Shown here one piece after another: positions 49,515-60,134 of a DNA stretch of 64,000 nt; position 1 is the stretch's first letter; each line of letters begins with the position of its first letter. The notes below the pieces were generated by a model, which was not told the origin of the DNA, did not search any database, and saw only the letters and a program-made list of their open reading frames with translations. The position numbers and the translations under genes are program-made. The DNA is from a virus, in the IMG/VR virus record IMGVR_UViG_3300032246_001180, positions 64,001 to 128,000 of that record; one strand, 5' to 3'.

Positions 49515-50454
49515 ATGGAAATGTTCTATCAGTTTGGTTTAACACAAAGAATACTGGAGGCCGCCATTATTTTTGGTGGTGCCGCTATATTGATTGCCGC
49601 TCTTTGGAGATATCTTATCCTTGGCGCAGGTGTCATTTTGGTTGTGTATATCTTTATGCACCACGAACCTCAATCTGCAAATGCAAAACCTATCGATGAT
49701 ATGGCAAAAATAGAAGCGCAGAAAAAAGAATTTATGGAAGATTGTCTAAGTATAGCAATGAATGATAAATTTCAATGTGATGTGATTTGGCGTGAGCGTC
49801 AACAAGAAGAAAGGTAAATAAAATGGCAATATGGAAAATTGAACCTACATTTAAAAAGTCCATCAGGGACATTAATCATTGGCGTAATAGTGCAGGCCAA
49901 TTAATTACCCACGAAACTGGTTGGCGTTGGGGTGAATTCTTTATTGAAACTGAAGATGATAATCCGCCAGATTTGCCACTAGATGGTGGATTTGACATTA
50001 TGGATTGTGGTTATGAAATGAGTGATTTCTCAACTGATGATGGTTGTTGGGAAGAATATGAATTTGATGGTTTCACCGAAGAAGAAGAAGAAGCTATGCA
50101 AGAATGGCTTGATGAAAATTCCGTGTTCGATTTAGAAGATGAACGTGGTGAAGAAGGATGGTCCTGCGATGAAGCGGAAATGTTTATTGATTGCCCAATT
50201 ACTATCGAGCGAGCAGATTAATGGATGATGATAAATTCTTAAAATTGGTAGAAAAAACAGATATGTTTTTGGCCGAGATTGGCACCGAATTCTCATTAGA
50301 TGCTCTTAGTATGTCTGCTGTCGTGATGGCTAGACTAACATGGGTAAACAAAGAAGTTGGCTCTGTTGAGCAGTATTCAAAACTTATATCCAGTATACAA
50401 GAAAAAATTGAAAGTGGAGTTTTGGATTTAGAAAAAGATGTAAAAATTCATTAG
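49515..50454 (+). CDS. Three hypothetical genes (49515-49817 membrane; 49823-50221 highly acidic; 50221-50454)
   Basis: ORF packing and composition. Confidence 0.55.
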
Positions 50455-50514
50455 TGTTGTTTTTATATAACAACCAAAAATAATGCTTGACTTATATCTT
50501 GGTTGTGATATAAT
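50455..50514 (+). promoter_or_regulatory. Palindrome variant plus sigma70 promoter (copy 8)
   Basis: TGTTG-TTTTTATA-TAACA; TTGACT 50487; TATAAT 50509. Confidence 0.7.
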
Positions 50515-50537
50515 ATTTTTTTAAACATGGAGTTATT

Positions 50538-51467
50538 ATGCGTATCGCTCTCGCATCGGATATTCATTTGGAATTTGCCGATATCAATCTACAAAATACC
50601 GACAACGCTGATGTATTGATTCTTAGCGGAGATATCTGTGTGGCTCGGGACATTGGTAGACCTGACCCAAACAATTTTATGGAAGGTGCGAAAAGTAATC
50701 GTATTACCGATTTCTTCAAGCGTTGTTCGTTTCAATTTCCTCATGTTGTGTATATCATGGGTAACCATGAACACTATCATGGTGATTTTGCTACAAGTGG
50801 AAATAAAATTCGTTCAATGTTGGAATCTAATATGTTGAGCAATGTGTATTTGCTTGACAAAGAATCTAAGACGATTGGTGATGTTACCTTTATTGGTGGT
50901 ACTCTTTGGACTGATATGAACAAGGAAGATCCAATTACATTGCTGCACATGAGAGGCATGATGAATGATTTCCGTTGTGTTGAAAATGGTAATCGTGTTG
51001 TTAACTATAAAGCACCAATCTATAAAAAAGATGCTGATGGTAAATACATCATGCAAAAGATTGGTGAAATCAATTCTATGGTTGAAGATGGTTTTGAATT
51101 CAAAACCCGTGTTGCAACATTTTCACCAGTTGATGCGGTTGAAGATTTTAAAAAGATGGTTGATTATATTCGAATTATAGTTGAAGGTAAATTTGACCAG
51201 AAGTTTGTTGTAGTTGGTCATCATGCGCCAAGTAAATCTTCTACTCATCCACGTTATGCGAAGGAAGAAATTATGAATGGTGGTTACAGTTCTGATTTGA
51301 ATTCTTTCATTATGGAACGACCTCAAATCAAATTGTGGACTCACGGTCATACACACGAAGATTTTGATTATATGATTGGTACTACCCGTGTCGTTTGTAA
51401 TCCCCGTGGTTACGATGGTTACGAAGATAGAGCCGATAGATTTCAATTGAAGTTTATGGAGGTATGA
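50538..51467 (+). CDS. Calcineurin-like metallophosphoesterase
   Basis: SDIH, GDI, GNHE, HH.P, HGHTH, NPRGY. Confidence 0.92.
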   Translation: MRIALASDIHLEFADINLQNTDNADVLILSGDICVARDIGRPDPNNFMEGAKSNRITDFFKRCSFQFPHVVYIMGNHEHYHGDFATSGNKIRSMLESNMLSNVYLLDKESKTIGDVTFIGGTLWTDMNKEDPITLLHMRGMMNDFRCVENGNRVVNYKAPIYKKDADGKYIMQKIGEINSMVEDGFEFKTRVATFSPVDAVEDFKKMVDYIRIIVEGKFDQKFVVVGHHAPSKSSTHPRYAKEEIMNGGYSSDLNSFIMERPQIKLWTHGHTHEDFDYMIGTTRVVCNPRGYDGYEDRADRFQLKFMEV

Positions 51468-51664
51468 TGATTTCTTTGAATCGTAAACAAGCAGAAAAGT
51501 TTGTTAAATTGGTAGACCACTTTAAAGATGTAGAGTGGTTTACCATCGAAGAAGTCAAAGACAACGGAATTGGACCTGTAGTACAGGTTCGGTTCAATCT
51601 CTTTGGTGATAATGATAAAGATGATGATGTTAAGGTTGATATAACGGACGTTTCGACATGGTAG
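51464..51664 (+). CDS. Hypothetical protein
   Basis: GGAGG SD; C-terminal DITD...W. Confidence 0.6.
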   Translation: MMISLNRKQAEKFVKLVDHFKDVEWFTIEEVKDNGIGPVVQVRFNLFGDNDKDDDVKVDITDVSTW

Positions 51665-52263
51665 ATGACCAATCTTTTATTGCATTAGATTTGGAGTTAA
51701 ACAATGCTCCGGATCATTCTACGCCCAACCCGAAGATTATTCAGGTTGGTATTGCCATTGGTGATTACCAAATGTATAAATCAAATACTTTGATATCTCA
51801 CCATTGGTATTTGAATCCAAACGAACCAATCTATCCTTTCATTACTGAATTGACAGGTATCACCGATGAAGATGTTACGACCAAATCTGTAACACATGAA
51901 GTTTTGCTTACACAATTGACTGGATTTATTCACAAGTACAAACCTTTTCTAAATCCTGTAACATGGGGTGGTGGTGATTCTACAGAACTGAAACAAGAAT
52001 ATATTGATAGACAAATTCCTTTTCCGCTTTTTGGTCGCCGTTGGATTGATGTAAAGACTTGGTATGTTTTGCATATGTTGACGAAAGGTAAAAGACCATC
52101 AGGCGGCTTGCGTTCCGCTATGGGAGAGTTTAAAATGAAATTCGAAGGCACACCGCACCGTGCTGACGATGATGCGTTAAATACTTTGCGGTTGTTTTTT
52201 AAAATTATGGAACAACAAAGAAAAATGTATGATATGATGGAGTTAGCTAAAGATGCGAGTTAA
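51658..52263 (+). CDS. DEDDh 3'-5' exonuclease
   Basis: ALDLE, LTGIT, WG..D, HRADDDA. Confidence 0.88.
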   Translation: MVDDQSFIALDLELNNAPDHSTPNPKIIQVGIAIGDYQMYKSNTLISHHWYLNPNEPIYPFITELTGITDEDVTTKSVTHEVLLTQLTGFIHKYKPFLNPVTWGGGDSTELKQEYIDRQIPFPLFGRRWIDVKTWYVLHMLTKGKRPSGGLRSAMGEFKMKFEGTPHRADDDALNTLRLFFKIMEQQRKMYDMMELAKDAS

Positions 52264-52453
52264 TGAATACTATGTGTTATCAGATTGTGTTGAACGTGGT
52301 GTTCAATTTGGTATGAGTCGTGCTTACAAACATACCGATTTTCCTACAGAAGAACAAATTAAAATCGCTTTAGTTGATGCTGTTTTATTAGAAATTAGTG
52401 AATACTTTAATTTTGATGATGCACAAACTATAGAGATTGATAAACAATCATGA
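52253..52453 (+). CDS. Hypothetical protein
   Basis: GGAG SD. Confidence 0.55.
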   Translation: MRVNEYYVLSDCVERGVQFGMSRAYKHTDFPTEEQIKIALVDAVLLEISEYFNFDDAQTIEIDKQS

Positions 52454-53286
52454 AAAAGATTTTAGTTACTGGTAGTAGTGGATACATCGGACAACATCTT
52501 TGCAAATTGTTGAAACAAACAGGTGAATATGAAATTCACGGTATGGATATTGTTTTTAATAATAAAAACCTTGATGTGTTTACAAAACAAAATGTTATGC
52601 AATATTCCAGAGGATTTGAAATAACAATACACAAGTATGATGCAGTTGTTCATTTGGCTGCATTGGTGCGAGTCAACGAAAGTGTGGAGAAACCTGATTA
52701 TTATTATAGAAACAATTTGTTTGGTACAATGAATGTACTTCAACAAATTAAGTATGACAATTTTATTTTTGCTTCAACGGGTGCAGCATCCAATCCTACA
52801 AGTCCTTATGGTTTGTCAAAACGGTGTGCTGAAGATGTTGTCAAAGAATACTGTAAGAAAAACAATAAACAATTTACTATGTTTCGATTCTATAATGTGA
52901 TTGGTTCTGATGGTATTCCTCCAACTAATCCTGATGGGTTGTTTTACAATTTAATCAATGCAGAAAAAACTGGAGAGTTCAACCTGTATGGTGATGACTA
53001 CAACACACCCGATGGTTCACCTGTTCGTGATTATGTTCATGTGATGGAAATTTGTCATGCGATTAAAACTGCAATTGAGTTGCCCGCTAATCGCTTAGAG
53101 AATCTTGGTCATGGCCACGGGTATTCAGTCAAAGAAATTATTGATATTTACAAAGATGTAAACAAGTGTAATTTCAAAGTTAATATTTTGCCACGCCGTG
53201 AAGGTGATTTAGAGAAAACTGTCCTAGATAAACCTTCTAGTTATTTAAAGTCCATGTATATTATTGAGGAGTTATTGAAAAAATGA
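52450..53286 (+). CDS. galE: UDP-glucose 4-epimerase-like SDR
   Basis: GSSGYIG, HLAA..V.ES, PYGLSK, TPDG..VRDYVHV, RREGD. Confidence 0.8.
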   Translation: MKKILVTGSSGYIGQHLCKLLKQTGEYEIHGMDIVFNNKNLDVFTKQNVMQYSRGFEITIHKYDAVVHLAALVRVNESVEKPDYYYRNNLFGTMNVLQQIKYDNFIFASTGAASNPTSPYGLSKRCAEDVVKEYCKKNNKQFTMFRFYNVIGSDGIPPTNPDGLFYNLINAEKTGEFNLYGDDYNTPDGSPVRDYVHVMEICHAIKTAIELPANRLENLGHGHGYSVKEIIDIYKDVNKCNFKVNILPRREGDLEKTVLDKPSSYLKSMYIIEELLKK

Positions 53287-53432
53287 AAGAAGGATTTACT
53301 GATATTACACTCAACCTAGATACTGATGTGTTGTTTGAATTAATGTTTATGGCACATGAAAGAGATATTACATTGAACCAATTGGTCAATGAAGTTTTAA
53401 AAGCATATATTGAGGAGCATAAAAATGATTGA
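53283..53432 (+). CDS. Ribbon-helix-helix-like small protein (not in ORF track)
   Basis: ITLNLDTDVLFELMFMAHERDITLNQLVNEVLK: beta-alpha-alpha pattern. Confidence 0.55.
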   Translation: MKEGFTDITLNLDTDVLFELMFMAHERDITLNQLVNEVLKAYIEEHKND

Positions 53433-53940
53433 TGATGATGATTATGATTACAACCGTTATGAAATGGTTCTCAAACAACTTCTTGGTGCTATGTGGCGTG
53501 ATGAAGAAAATTTGGAAAGAGGTGAAAATATCTCCGATATTCCAGAAGTTAAAATTATGTTTGAATCTTACGCTGACAAAGAACTTGAAGATGACGATGG
53601 TAATTATGTTGAAACTATTGAGAATGGTGATACCAATCAAGAATGTTATTGCATATTCATTCACAAAGATTCTGGTCAAGAAGGTTTTGAATTCCCCGAA
53701 CATGATTCATATGCATTTACTTTTGGTAGTTTGATTCAACATCGACCTGCTGAAGAAGTGTGTATCTATGCATGGTATGATGTTAAAGAAGATGATTGGT
53801 CTATCAATTCATTAGAAGAAACATCGGAACACGAAATGACCAATAAACAGGTTATGGATATTTTAGAAACACTTTATAGTAGATATTATAAATCTACTGA
53901 AAACGATACAACATGGGATAATTGGAAGGCGATGAAATGA
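53425..53940 (+). CDS. Acidic hypothetical protein
   Basis: GAGGAG SD; Asp/Glu-rich. Confidence 0.6.
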   Translation: MIDDDDYDYNRYEMVLKQLLGAMWRDEENLERGENISDIPEVKIMFESYADKELEDDDGNYVETIENGDTNQECYCIFIHKDSGQEGFEFPEHDSYAFTFGSLIQHRPAEEVCIYAWYDVKEDDWSINSLEETSEHEMTNKQVMDILETLYSRYYKSTENDTTWDNWKAMK

Positions 53941-54884
53941 AATTGAAATTAATTATTGCAACTATGGCTCTGATAACATCTACAGCATTTGCTCAAGAGT
54001 GGCCACAAAAAACGGTTAAGGTTGTTGTACCTTTGGGTGCTGGCAGTTCTTTGGATATTATTACTAGAATTGTTTTTGAACAAGTTTCTAAACAAACAGG
54101 AAAACCTTTTGTAATAGAAAATAAACCAGGCGCTAGTGGTACGATTGCCGCTTCTGGTTTTGTAAAATCTGCGCCTGATGGCCACACTCTTTTTGTGAAC
54201 ACATGGACACAAACAATATTACCATCAGCATTTAAAAATTTAAGTTATAGTGTTGAAAATGATTTCACAAACATAACTGGACTCATTACACAGCCTTTTG
54301 TTTTTACGACCAAATCTAAATGGAAAAATTTCAATGACATGGTAAAGTATGGTCGAGAAAATCCAGAAAAACTGGCATATGCAACGGCAGGAAAAGGTAG
54401 TGGCGGACACTTTTGTATGGAAAAGTTTGCACAACAAGCGAATCTCAAAATGCTCGATGTACCATATAAGTCAACAACAGAACCTCTTATGAATATTATG
54501 AGTGGTGATATCGATACGTTTTGTAATACATTAACCCAAGCTATTCCGTTAGAAAAAGACAATCGTATCGTTTTAAGTGCTGTACTTGATTCTAAACGTT
54601 CACCGCTTTTACCAAATGTACCAACATTAAAAGAATTGGGTTACGATGTAAATCTTCATTATTGGATTGGAGTTTTTGGTCCTGCAAAAATGGATGAAGC
54701 ATTAGTTAATAAAATAAACAAAGAGATTCAATTGGCCATGGAAAACACCACAGTTAAAGGTAGGATTTGGGTTACAGGTTCCACACCTTTAACTATGACA
54801 CCAAAACAATTTGATTCTTTTGTTCATAAACAAATTAAAGAAAATGCAGGGATTGTAACCCGTTCTAAAATAACAATGGAGTAA
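53937..54884 (+). CDS. Bug/TctC-family tripartite tricarboxylate transporter substrate-binding protein (copy 1)
   Basis: Signal peptide; WP.K.V.VVVP..AG, ENKPGA.G, PDGHTL, VPYK, R.P.LP.VPT..E.G. Confidence 0.9.
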   Translation: MKLKLIIATMALITSTAFAQEWPQKTVKVVVPLGAGSSLDIITRIVFEQVSKQTGKPFVIENKPGASGTIAASGFVKSAPDGHTLFVNTWTQTILPSAFKNLSYSVENDFTNITGLITQPFVFTTKSKWKNFNDMVKYGRENPEKLAYATAGKGSGGHFCMEKFAQQANLKMLDVPYKSTTEPLMNIMSGDIDTFCNTLTQAIPLEKDNRIVLSAVLDSKRSPLLPNVPTLKELGYDVNLHYWIGVFGPAKMDEALVNKINKEIQLAMENTTVKGRIWVTGSTPLTMTPKQFDSFVHKQIKENAGIVTRSKITME

Positions 54885-55848
54885 TTATGAAATTGAAATT
54901 AATTATTGCAGCAATGGTTATGGTAACATCTACATCATTTGCTCAAGAATGGCCACAAAAACAGGTAAAAGTTATCATTGCTGGAACTCCAGGCAGTGTT
55001 TTAGATAATATCTCTAGAACCGTTTTTGAACAAGTATCAAAACAAACAGGTAAAGCATTTACAATGGAAAATAAAGCTGGTGCTGGCGGCACCATTGCTT
55101 CAACAATTGTTGCTAAATCTTTATCTGATGGCCATACATTACTTGTCAATACTATTACACATACTGTTGTTCCTTCAGCATATAAAAATTTGCCTTATAA
55201 TGTAGAAGAAGATTTTACAAATATATCTGGACTAATTTCTCAACCTTTTGCTGTTGCGACAAGTTTAAAATGGAAAACTGTAGGTGAAATTGTAAAATAT
55301 GGAAAAGAAAATCCTGGTAAATTGAATTATGGAACACCAGGAGTAGGAAGTTCAGGCCATCTTTTTATGGAAAAATTTTCACATTCAGCAAACTTTAAAA
55401 TGGAAAATATTCCTTTTCGTGGTTCTCCTGAAGCTATGATTGAATTAGCAGCTGGAAGAATAGATATCTTTCCGGCACCTGTCAGTCAAGCATTACCTTT
55501 TCAAAAAGATGGACGTGTTAATATTGTTGCTGTAACATCACCGAAACGTTCAGTAAATTTACCAGATGTACCCACAATGTCCGAATCAGGTGTTTTGGGT
55601 GCTACATATCTATATTGGATCGGTGTGTTTGGTCCATCTAAAATGGATACGAAGCAAACCTCAATCATTAATTCGGAGATACAGCGTGCTCTATCCTCAC
55701 CTGAAGTTAAATTGAAATTAAATGATTTAGGTATAACAGAAACATTTAAAATGACTTCAAACGAATTCGATAATTTTGTTAGAAGTGAAATTAAACACAA
55801 CGCAGAGATTGTAACCCGTTCTAAAATAACAATGGAGTAATTATGAAA
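54851..55848 (+). repeat. 42-bp identical direct repeat (54851-54892 and 55807-55848)
   Basis: GATTGTAACCCGTTCTAAAATAACAATGGAGTAATTATGAAA occurs twice. Confidence 0.9.
54887..55840 (+). CDS. Bug/TctC-family substrate-binding protein (copy 2)
   Basis: Same motifs; LNYGTPGVGS..HL, IPFRG, LPDVPT..ESG. Confidence 0.9.
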   Translation: MKLKLIIAAMVMVTSTSFAQEWPQKQVKVIIAGTPGSVLDNISRTVFEQVSKQTGKAFTMENKAGAGGTIASTIVAKSLSDGHTLLVNTITHTVVPSAYKNLPYNVEEDFTNISGLISQPFAVATSLKWKTVGEIVKYGKENPGKLNYGTPGVGSSGHLFMEKFSHSANFKMENIPFRGSPEAMIELAAGRIDIFPAPVSQALPFQKDGRVNIVAVTSPKRSVNLPDVPTMSESGVLGATYLYWIGVFGPSKMDTKQTSIINSEIQRALSSPEVKLKLNDLGITETFKMTSNEFDNFVRSEIKHNAEIVTRSKITME

Positions 55849-56469
55849 GTATACATGAATGGATATCCAGATAACTGGTTATCACCTTATACAATCTTGG
55901 AGAAGGTTTTCTTTTGGCGTGAGATTGATTATGATGAACCACTTATTGATAAATGGTCAAGCCGCCTAACGCCTTTCTGTAATGCATTGCAAAAGGTTCG
56001 TAGTTTTTTCAATCCTACAATTCGTTATGTGAAGATTGACCGTTACGATACATGGTCGATGGATCATACCTTGGCTCATATCATTCACCCAATGCTTATT
56101 CAGTTGAAGAAAGATAAGCATGGCGCCCCATTTGTTGATGATGAAGATGTGCCTGATGAAATTAAATCTATCAATGCACCACCTAAAAAAGAAGAATACG
56201 ATACCGATGCATTTCATTTCGACCGTTGGGATTGGGTTATGGATCAGATGATTTGGTCTTTTGAACAAGAACTCAGAGATGATGATGAACATCAATTTTT
56301 TGACCATTCAGAATATGATGATGTAGACAATCATAAACAATGGTTCAAAGATTTATCAGAAGGTAAATCCAAAACCAAAGTTGATTGGGATGGTCTTAAA
56401 GCACACCAAGCAAAAAAACAAAATGGATTCAGACTGTTTGGTAAATATTATCAAGCACTTTGGGATTAA
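55843..56469 (+). CDS. Conserved phage hypothetical protein
   Basis: DTWSMDHTLA.II.PML.QL...HGAP..GF.LFGKYY..LWD. Confidence 0.7.
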   Translation: MKVYMNGYPDNWLSPYTILEKVFFWREIDYDEPLIDKWSSRLTPFCNALQKVRSFFNPTIRYVKIDRYDTWSMDHTLAHIIHPMLIQLKKDKHGAPFVDDEDVPDEIKSINAPPKKEEYDTDAFHFDRWDWVMDQMIWSFEQELRDDDEHQFFDHSEYDDVDNHKQWFKDLSEGKSKTKVDWDGLKAHQAKKQNGFRLFGKYYQALWD

Positions 56470-56471
56470 TC

Positions 56472-57711
56472 ATGTTCTCTTACTACTACTATTGGCAATC
56501 AATCAAACGTTTCAAACTATCGGAGGAAACTCTCCGTATGATGGCACCTGATGTACCGCCAATGCTAGAAGCACAACACGAAATGATTCAGCGTGAAATG
56601 GAATATTACCGAAATGAATCTAACAAGTTTACCATTATATGGTTGATTTTTGTAATCGGTGCCTGTATAATGGGTACTCTATATGTGAAAGGACTGATTC
56701 ATGTTTGATAAACTCTATGTATGGATAGGTAAACATCTAATTGCTTTGTTTGTAACGGCATTGGTTATTACTCTGACAATGACTGTTGTTAATTTGATTG
56801 ATGTGGTTCGTAAACCTGCATCTATCAATGTTGCTGAAGGTAGTATTCAACATCGTTTGGTCTGGTCAACTAAAGGCGAATGTTTCTTTGTTCGACCATA
56901 TTCAAATGAAACTGTATATTTAATTCGTGTGCAAGATTGTGATAAAACTGAGAAAGTTGGTAAATGAAACCTAATAAAGATTTTAAATTGAGCAAAACTA
57001 CTAAACGTATGTTAGCTAATTTTACGGACAAAAATCAACGTGGAGAATGGAAACGCTTGATGATTAGTGCAGAAATTGCTGAAAAGCAGGCTAGAATGGC
57101 CAAATTGACATTTAATAAATCCAACCAAGGAGATGAGTGATGAGTTTATTTGTAGAAGTGAATAGCATTGATAAACAATGTAAAGTTATTATTAACTTAG
57201 ATGAGGTAGTTGAAATTGCCCCTTTAGTTGAAGGTGGTTGTGCCATTTTCTTTTCTGATGGTGCAGGCATGAACTCAAAAACTGCTATCAAAGTTAGTGA
57301 TGATTATGATATTTTCAAACAGTTTGTTTTGCAAACCGTATCAACTGAAGATATTCAGAAAAAAGTTAAATCACTCAAAGCACAAGTACCTGCATACGAA
57401 ATTCCTAAACTGTAACACATAAAATGATCCATGATTTGTTCCGACCCACACTTGAATGGATAAAAGATGATTGGACTTCTAATCGCTTGCGTTTTGTTGT
57501 TGAGTTGTTTGCTTGGGCTATTAGCATCGGGTGTTCTATTACTATGGCAACCACAGTCCCGAATCCTCCTTTACTCACGCTATATCCTATTTGGATTTCT
57601 GGCTGTGCTATGTATGCTTGGGCTGCTTATACTCGGAAATCTTTTGGGATGCTTGCTAACTACCTACTGTTAACAACTATTGATACTATTGGTTTAATTC
57701 GGATGTTATAA
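56472..57711 (+). CDS. Small hypothetical/membrane genes (about 56472-56708, 56701-56967, 57137-57415, 57424-57711)
   Basis: Coupled ORFs, several with TM segments. Confidence 0.55.
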
Positions 57712-57863
57712 TGTGGCGACTATGGGCAAAAGCACTTGGAGAAAAATATGGTAGAACGGATCGTGAGGCGGATAAAATCGCTATCATCAGAACAATTATC
57801 GTTGTATCTTATCTCATTACTAATTCTTTTATTATTGCTGGGGTTTTAAGGCATTGGTAAACC

Positions 57864-58436
57864 ATGACATTTGAAACTATTGTTATTGATGATGTATTGC
57901 CAAAAGAATATGCCGATAAGATAGAAAGAATACACATTAGTGGATCCTTTCCTTGGACTTTCAACGTTGATATGACTTTGCCGGCTGAGTTAAGAACGAA
58001 ACTACCTAATTATATTAACACTCCAGGTTTTACCCATGCATCGGTACATCTTAAAAAACAAGTTAGTCAATATATTGCCCAATTTGCTAAAATAGTTTAT
58101 TATACTTTACAGAAAATAAACTATACAAAAAGTTATGAAATAATTGTTTGTCGTTCCTTTATGTTGTTGCCAACTCCTAAAGTTGAGGAATTTACAACTA
58201 AACATATAGATACGGAAACACCTCATTTGGTTATTTTATATTATGTGAATGATACCGATGGAGATACCTATTTATTCGGTAAAGAAAAAGATAGTGAGCT
58301 GGTACAAAAAGTTTCGCCTCAAAAAAATCGAGCTGTAATTTTTGACGGATCAAATTACCATGCAAGTAGTTTGCCAACCAACAAACATAGAATTGTAATG
58401 AACTTTAATCTTGAAATTGAAAATGATGACCTATGA
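57864..58436 (+). CDS. 2OG-Fe(II) oxygenase
   Basis: HID...LYYVND.DGDT...FDG..YHASS.P....R.V.NFN. Confidence 0.8.
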   Translation: MTFETIVIDDVLPKEYADKIERIHISGSFPWTFNVDMTLPAELRTKLPNYINTPGFTHASVHLKKQVSQYIAQFAKIVYYTLQKINYTKSYEIIVCRSFMLLPTPKVEEFTTKHIDTETPHLVILYYVNDTDGDTYLFGKEKDSELVQKVSPQKNRAVIFDGSNYHASSLPTNKHRIVMNFNLEIENDDL

Positions 58437-59041
58437 ATATTTTTTATCTTGACAATCATCCACAAACGTGTGCAGAAATGCACGTTGATAAACATTGCAT
58501 AAAGATGATACTTGAATATGCTCAATTACTTTCTACCGCACACCGTGTTCTTGACGGCGTTCTTACTGTTGGTCTATCTGAGTCTGGTCGCAAACGGAAG
58601 CAATACGTTCTCTCTGATAGCCGTGAGCAAATGCTTTATTCCGCTACTCATGTTAATCATCCTTCAGCAGTTTGGGTAAGACAAAGTGTTCAAAACTATA
58701 TGTGGTTAGCTGAACTACTTGAATGTCTTTGTGGTGAATACTCTTATCGATATGGTAAAGTACATAAAGTACAACGTGATGGTCTTATGCAACTATTGAA
58801 GAATGAATTCCCTAAGAATCTTCCTATTGCACCGTTCACAGAACCCACACCAGCTATGCCTGATGATGTAAAAGTGGTAGGTGATTCTGTTGCTTCTTAT
58901 CACAATTATTATTTCAAAAACAAGCAACATCTTATTTCTTGGAAAGGTAAGATAAATAGTAGACCAACTCCTCCTTGGTGGAGTGAATTATGTTTGAATG
59001 CCTTATCAGAAGAAAATAGAAAACTTGGATTGGAATATTAA
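58433..59041 (+). CDS. Pyrimidine-dimer DNA glycosylase/endonuclease V-like protein
   Basis: MNIFYLD..P..CA..H.DKH..KM..E..QLLST.H; TH.NHP...W. Confidence 0.8.
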   Translation: MNIFYLDNHPQTCAEMHVDKHCIKMILEYAQLLSTAHRVLDGVLTVGLSESGRKRKQYVLSDSREQMLYSATHVNHPSAVWVRQSVQNYMWLAELLECLCGEYSYRYGKVHKVQRDGLMQLLKNEFPKNLPIAPFTEPTPAMPDDVKVVGDSVASYHNYYFKNKQHLISWKGKINSRPTPPWWSELCLNALSEENRKLGLEY

Positions 59042-59322
59042 TGCCCACATATGATTTTATGAATAGTGTTACTAACGAAGTCGAAGAACATCGTATGTCT
59101 TACACCGAATTGGATGACTTTCTAAAAAATAATCCGAATTTATCTCGTCATTTTTCACCCGAAAATCTTCCAATTTTTGGTGATGGTATGCGTATGAATA
59201 CTCCTGGTATGGGTCAACCAGATTCTACTTTTGAAAAATATGTAATTGGTCGTATGAAAGAAACAATTCCAGGTAATACAATCAAAGACGGACACAAAAC
59301 AAAAGGATCAAGAGAATGGTAA
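59041..59322 (+). CDS. FmdB-like small protein (Zn ligands absent)
   Basis: MPTYDF N-terminus typical of this family; no Cys. Confidence 0.55.
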   Translation: MPTYDFMNSVTNEVEEHRMSYTELDDFLKNNPNLSRHFSPENLPIFGDGMRMNTPGMGQPDSTFEKYVIGRMKETIPGNTIKDGHKTKGSREW

Positions 59323-59477
59323 TTGACAAAGTGCAGATACCTTATCTTCTAACACCAAAGAAACCAACTCACCGTAAAGTTGAGCCTGTAACTCCTATTG
59401 TACCAACACAAAAAGTGCAACGGGAAATTCCTCGTTTGTTTACATATGAACCGAGTAAAAAAAGAAAATGATATATA

Positions 59478-60134
59478 ATGTTCAACTATTGTCCACCAAA
59501 AGAATTACCTGATTTACAATCAGAAACTTTCCCTGACGGAAAAAGATATTACAAATTACTTGATGGTACAAAACTACCTTCTGTAACTACCGTATTGGGT
59601 GCTATGAAAAAAGATGCAATCATGGCATGGCGCCAGCGTGTTGGTGAAGCCACCGCTAATGCAATATCAAAGAAAGCCACGGGTCGTGGTACTAACGTAC
59701 ATACTTTGTGTGAACGATATTTGAACAATGAAGATATGGGCACCATGATGCCTGATGCATTAGAGATGTTCTATTCTCTAAAACCATTTTTGAATAATAT
59801 CAATAATATACACTACCAAGAACAGGCACTTTGGTCTAAACAATTAGGTTTGGCCGGTCGTGTAGACTGTATTGGTGAATATAATGGCGAGTTATCAGTT
59901 ATAGATTTTAAAACTTCCAAAAAAATCAAAACCAAAGTTCAGATTGAAGATTACTTCTGGCAGACCGCAGCGTATGCTTTGATGTATGAGGAGATGATTG
60001 GACTTCCAATCAATAACCTTGTTGTTATTATGGCTGTAGAAAATGAACAACCTTTAGTATTTGAAGAAAAAACGGAAAACCACATTGATGGGTTGGTGAA
60101 AGCAATTCAATTTTATAAGGACCAATACAAATGA
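59478..60134 (+). CDS. PD-(D/E)XK exonuclease (Cas4/RecB-like, T4-like core gene)
   Basis: PSVTTVL, RGT.VH, AGRVDC, IDFKTS, Q..AYA. Confidence 0.88.
   Translation: MFNYCPPKELPDLQSETFPDGKRYYKLLDGTKLPSVTTVLGAMKKDAIMAWRQRVGEATANAISKKATGRGTNVHTLCERYLNNEDMGTMMPDALEMFYSLKPFLNNINNIHYQEQALWSKQLGLAGRVDCIGEYNGELSVIDFKTSKKIKTKVQIEDYFWQTAAYALMYEEMIGLPINNLVVIMAVENEQPLVFEEKTENHIDGLVKAIQFYKDQYK

Noticed and set aside
28362-50514. LexA SOS boxes or MotA boxes as the identity of the palindrome
   Set aside because: Differs from CTGT-N8-ACAG and TTTGCTT, and lies upstream of rather than over the core promoter
59478-60134. CRISPR-Cas system (Cas4-like gene)
   Set aside because: No repeat-spacer array or other cas genes; this exonuclease is a common T4-like gene
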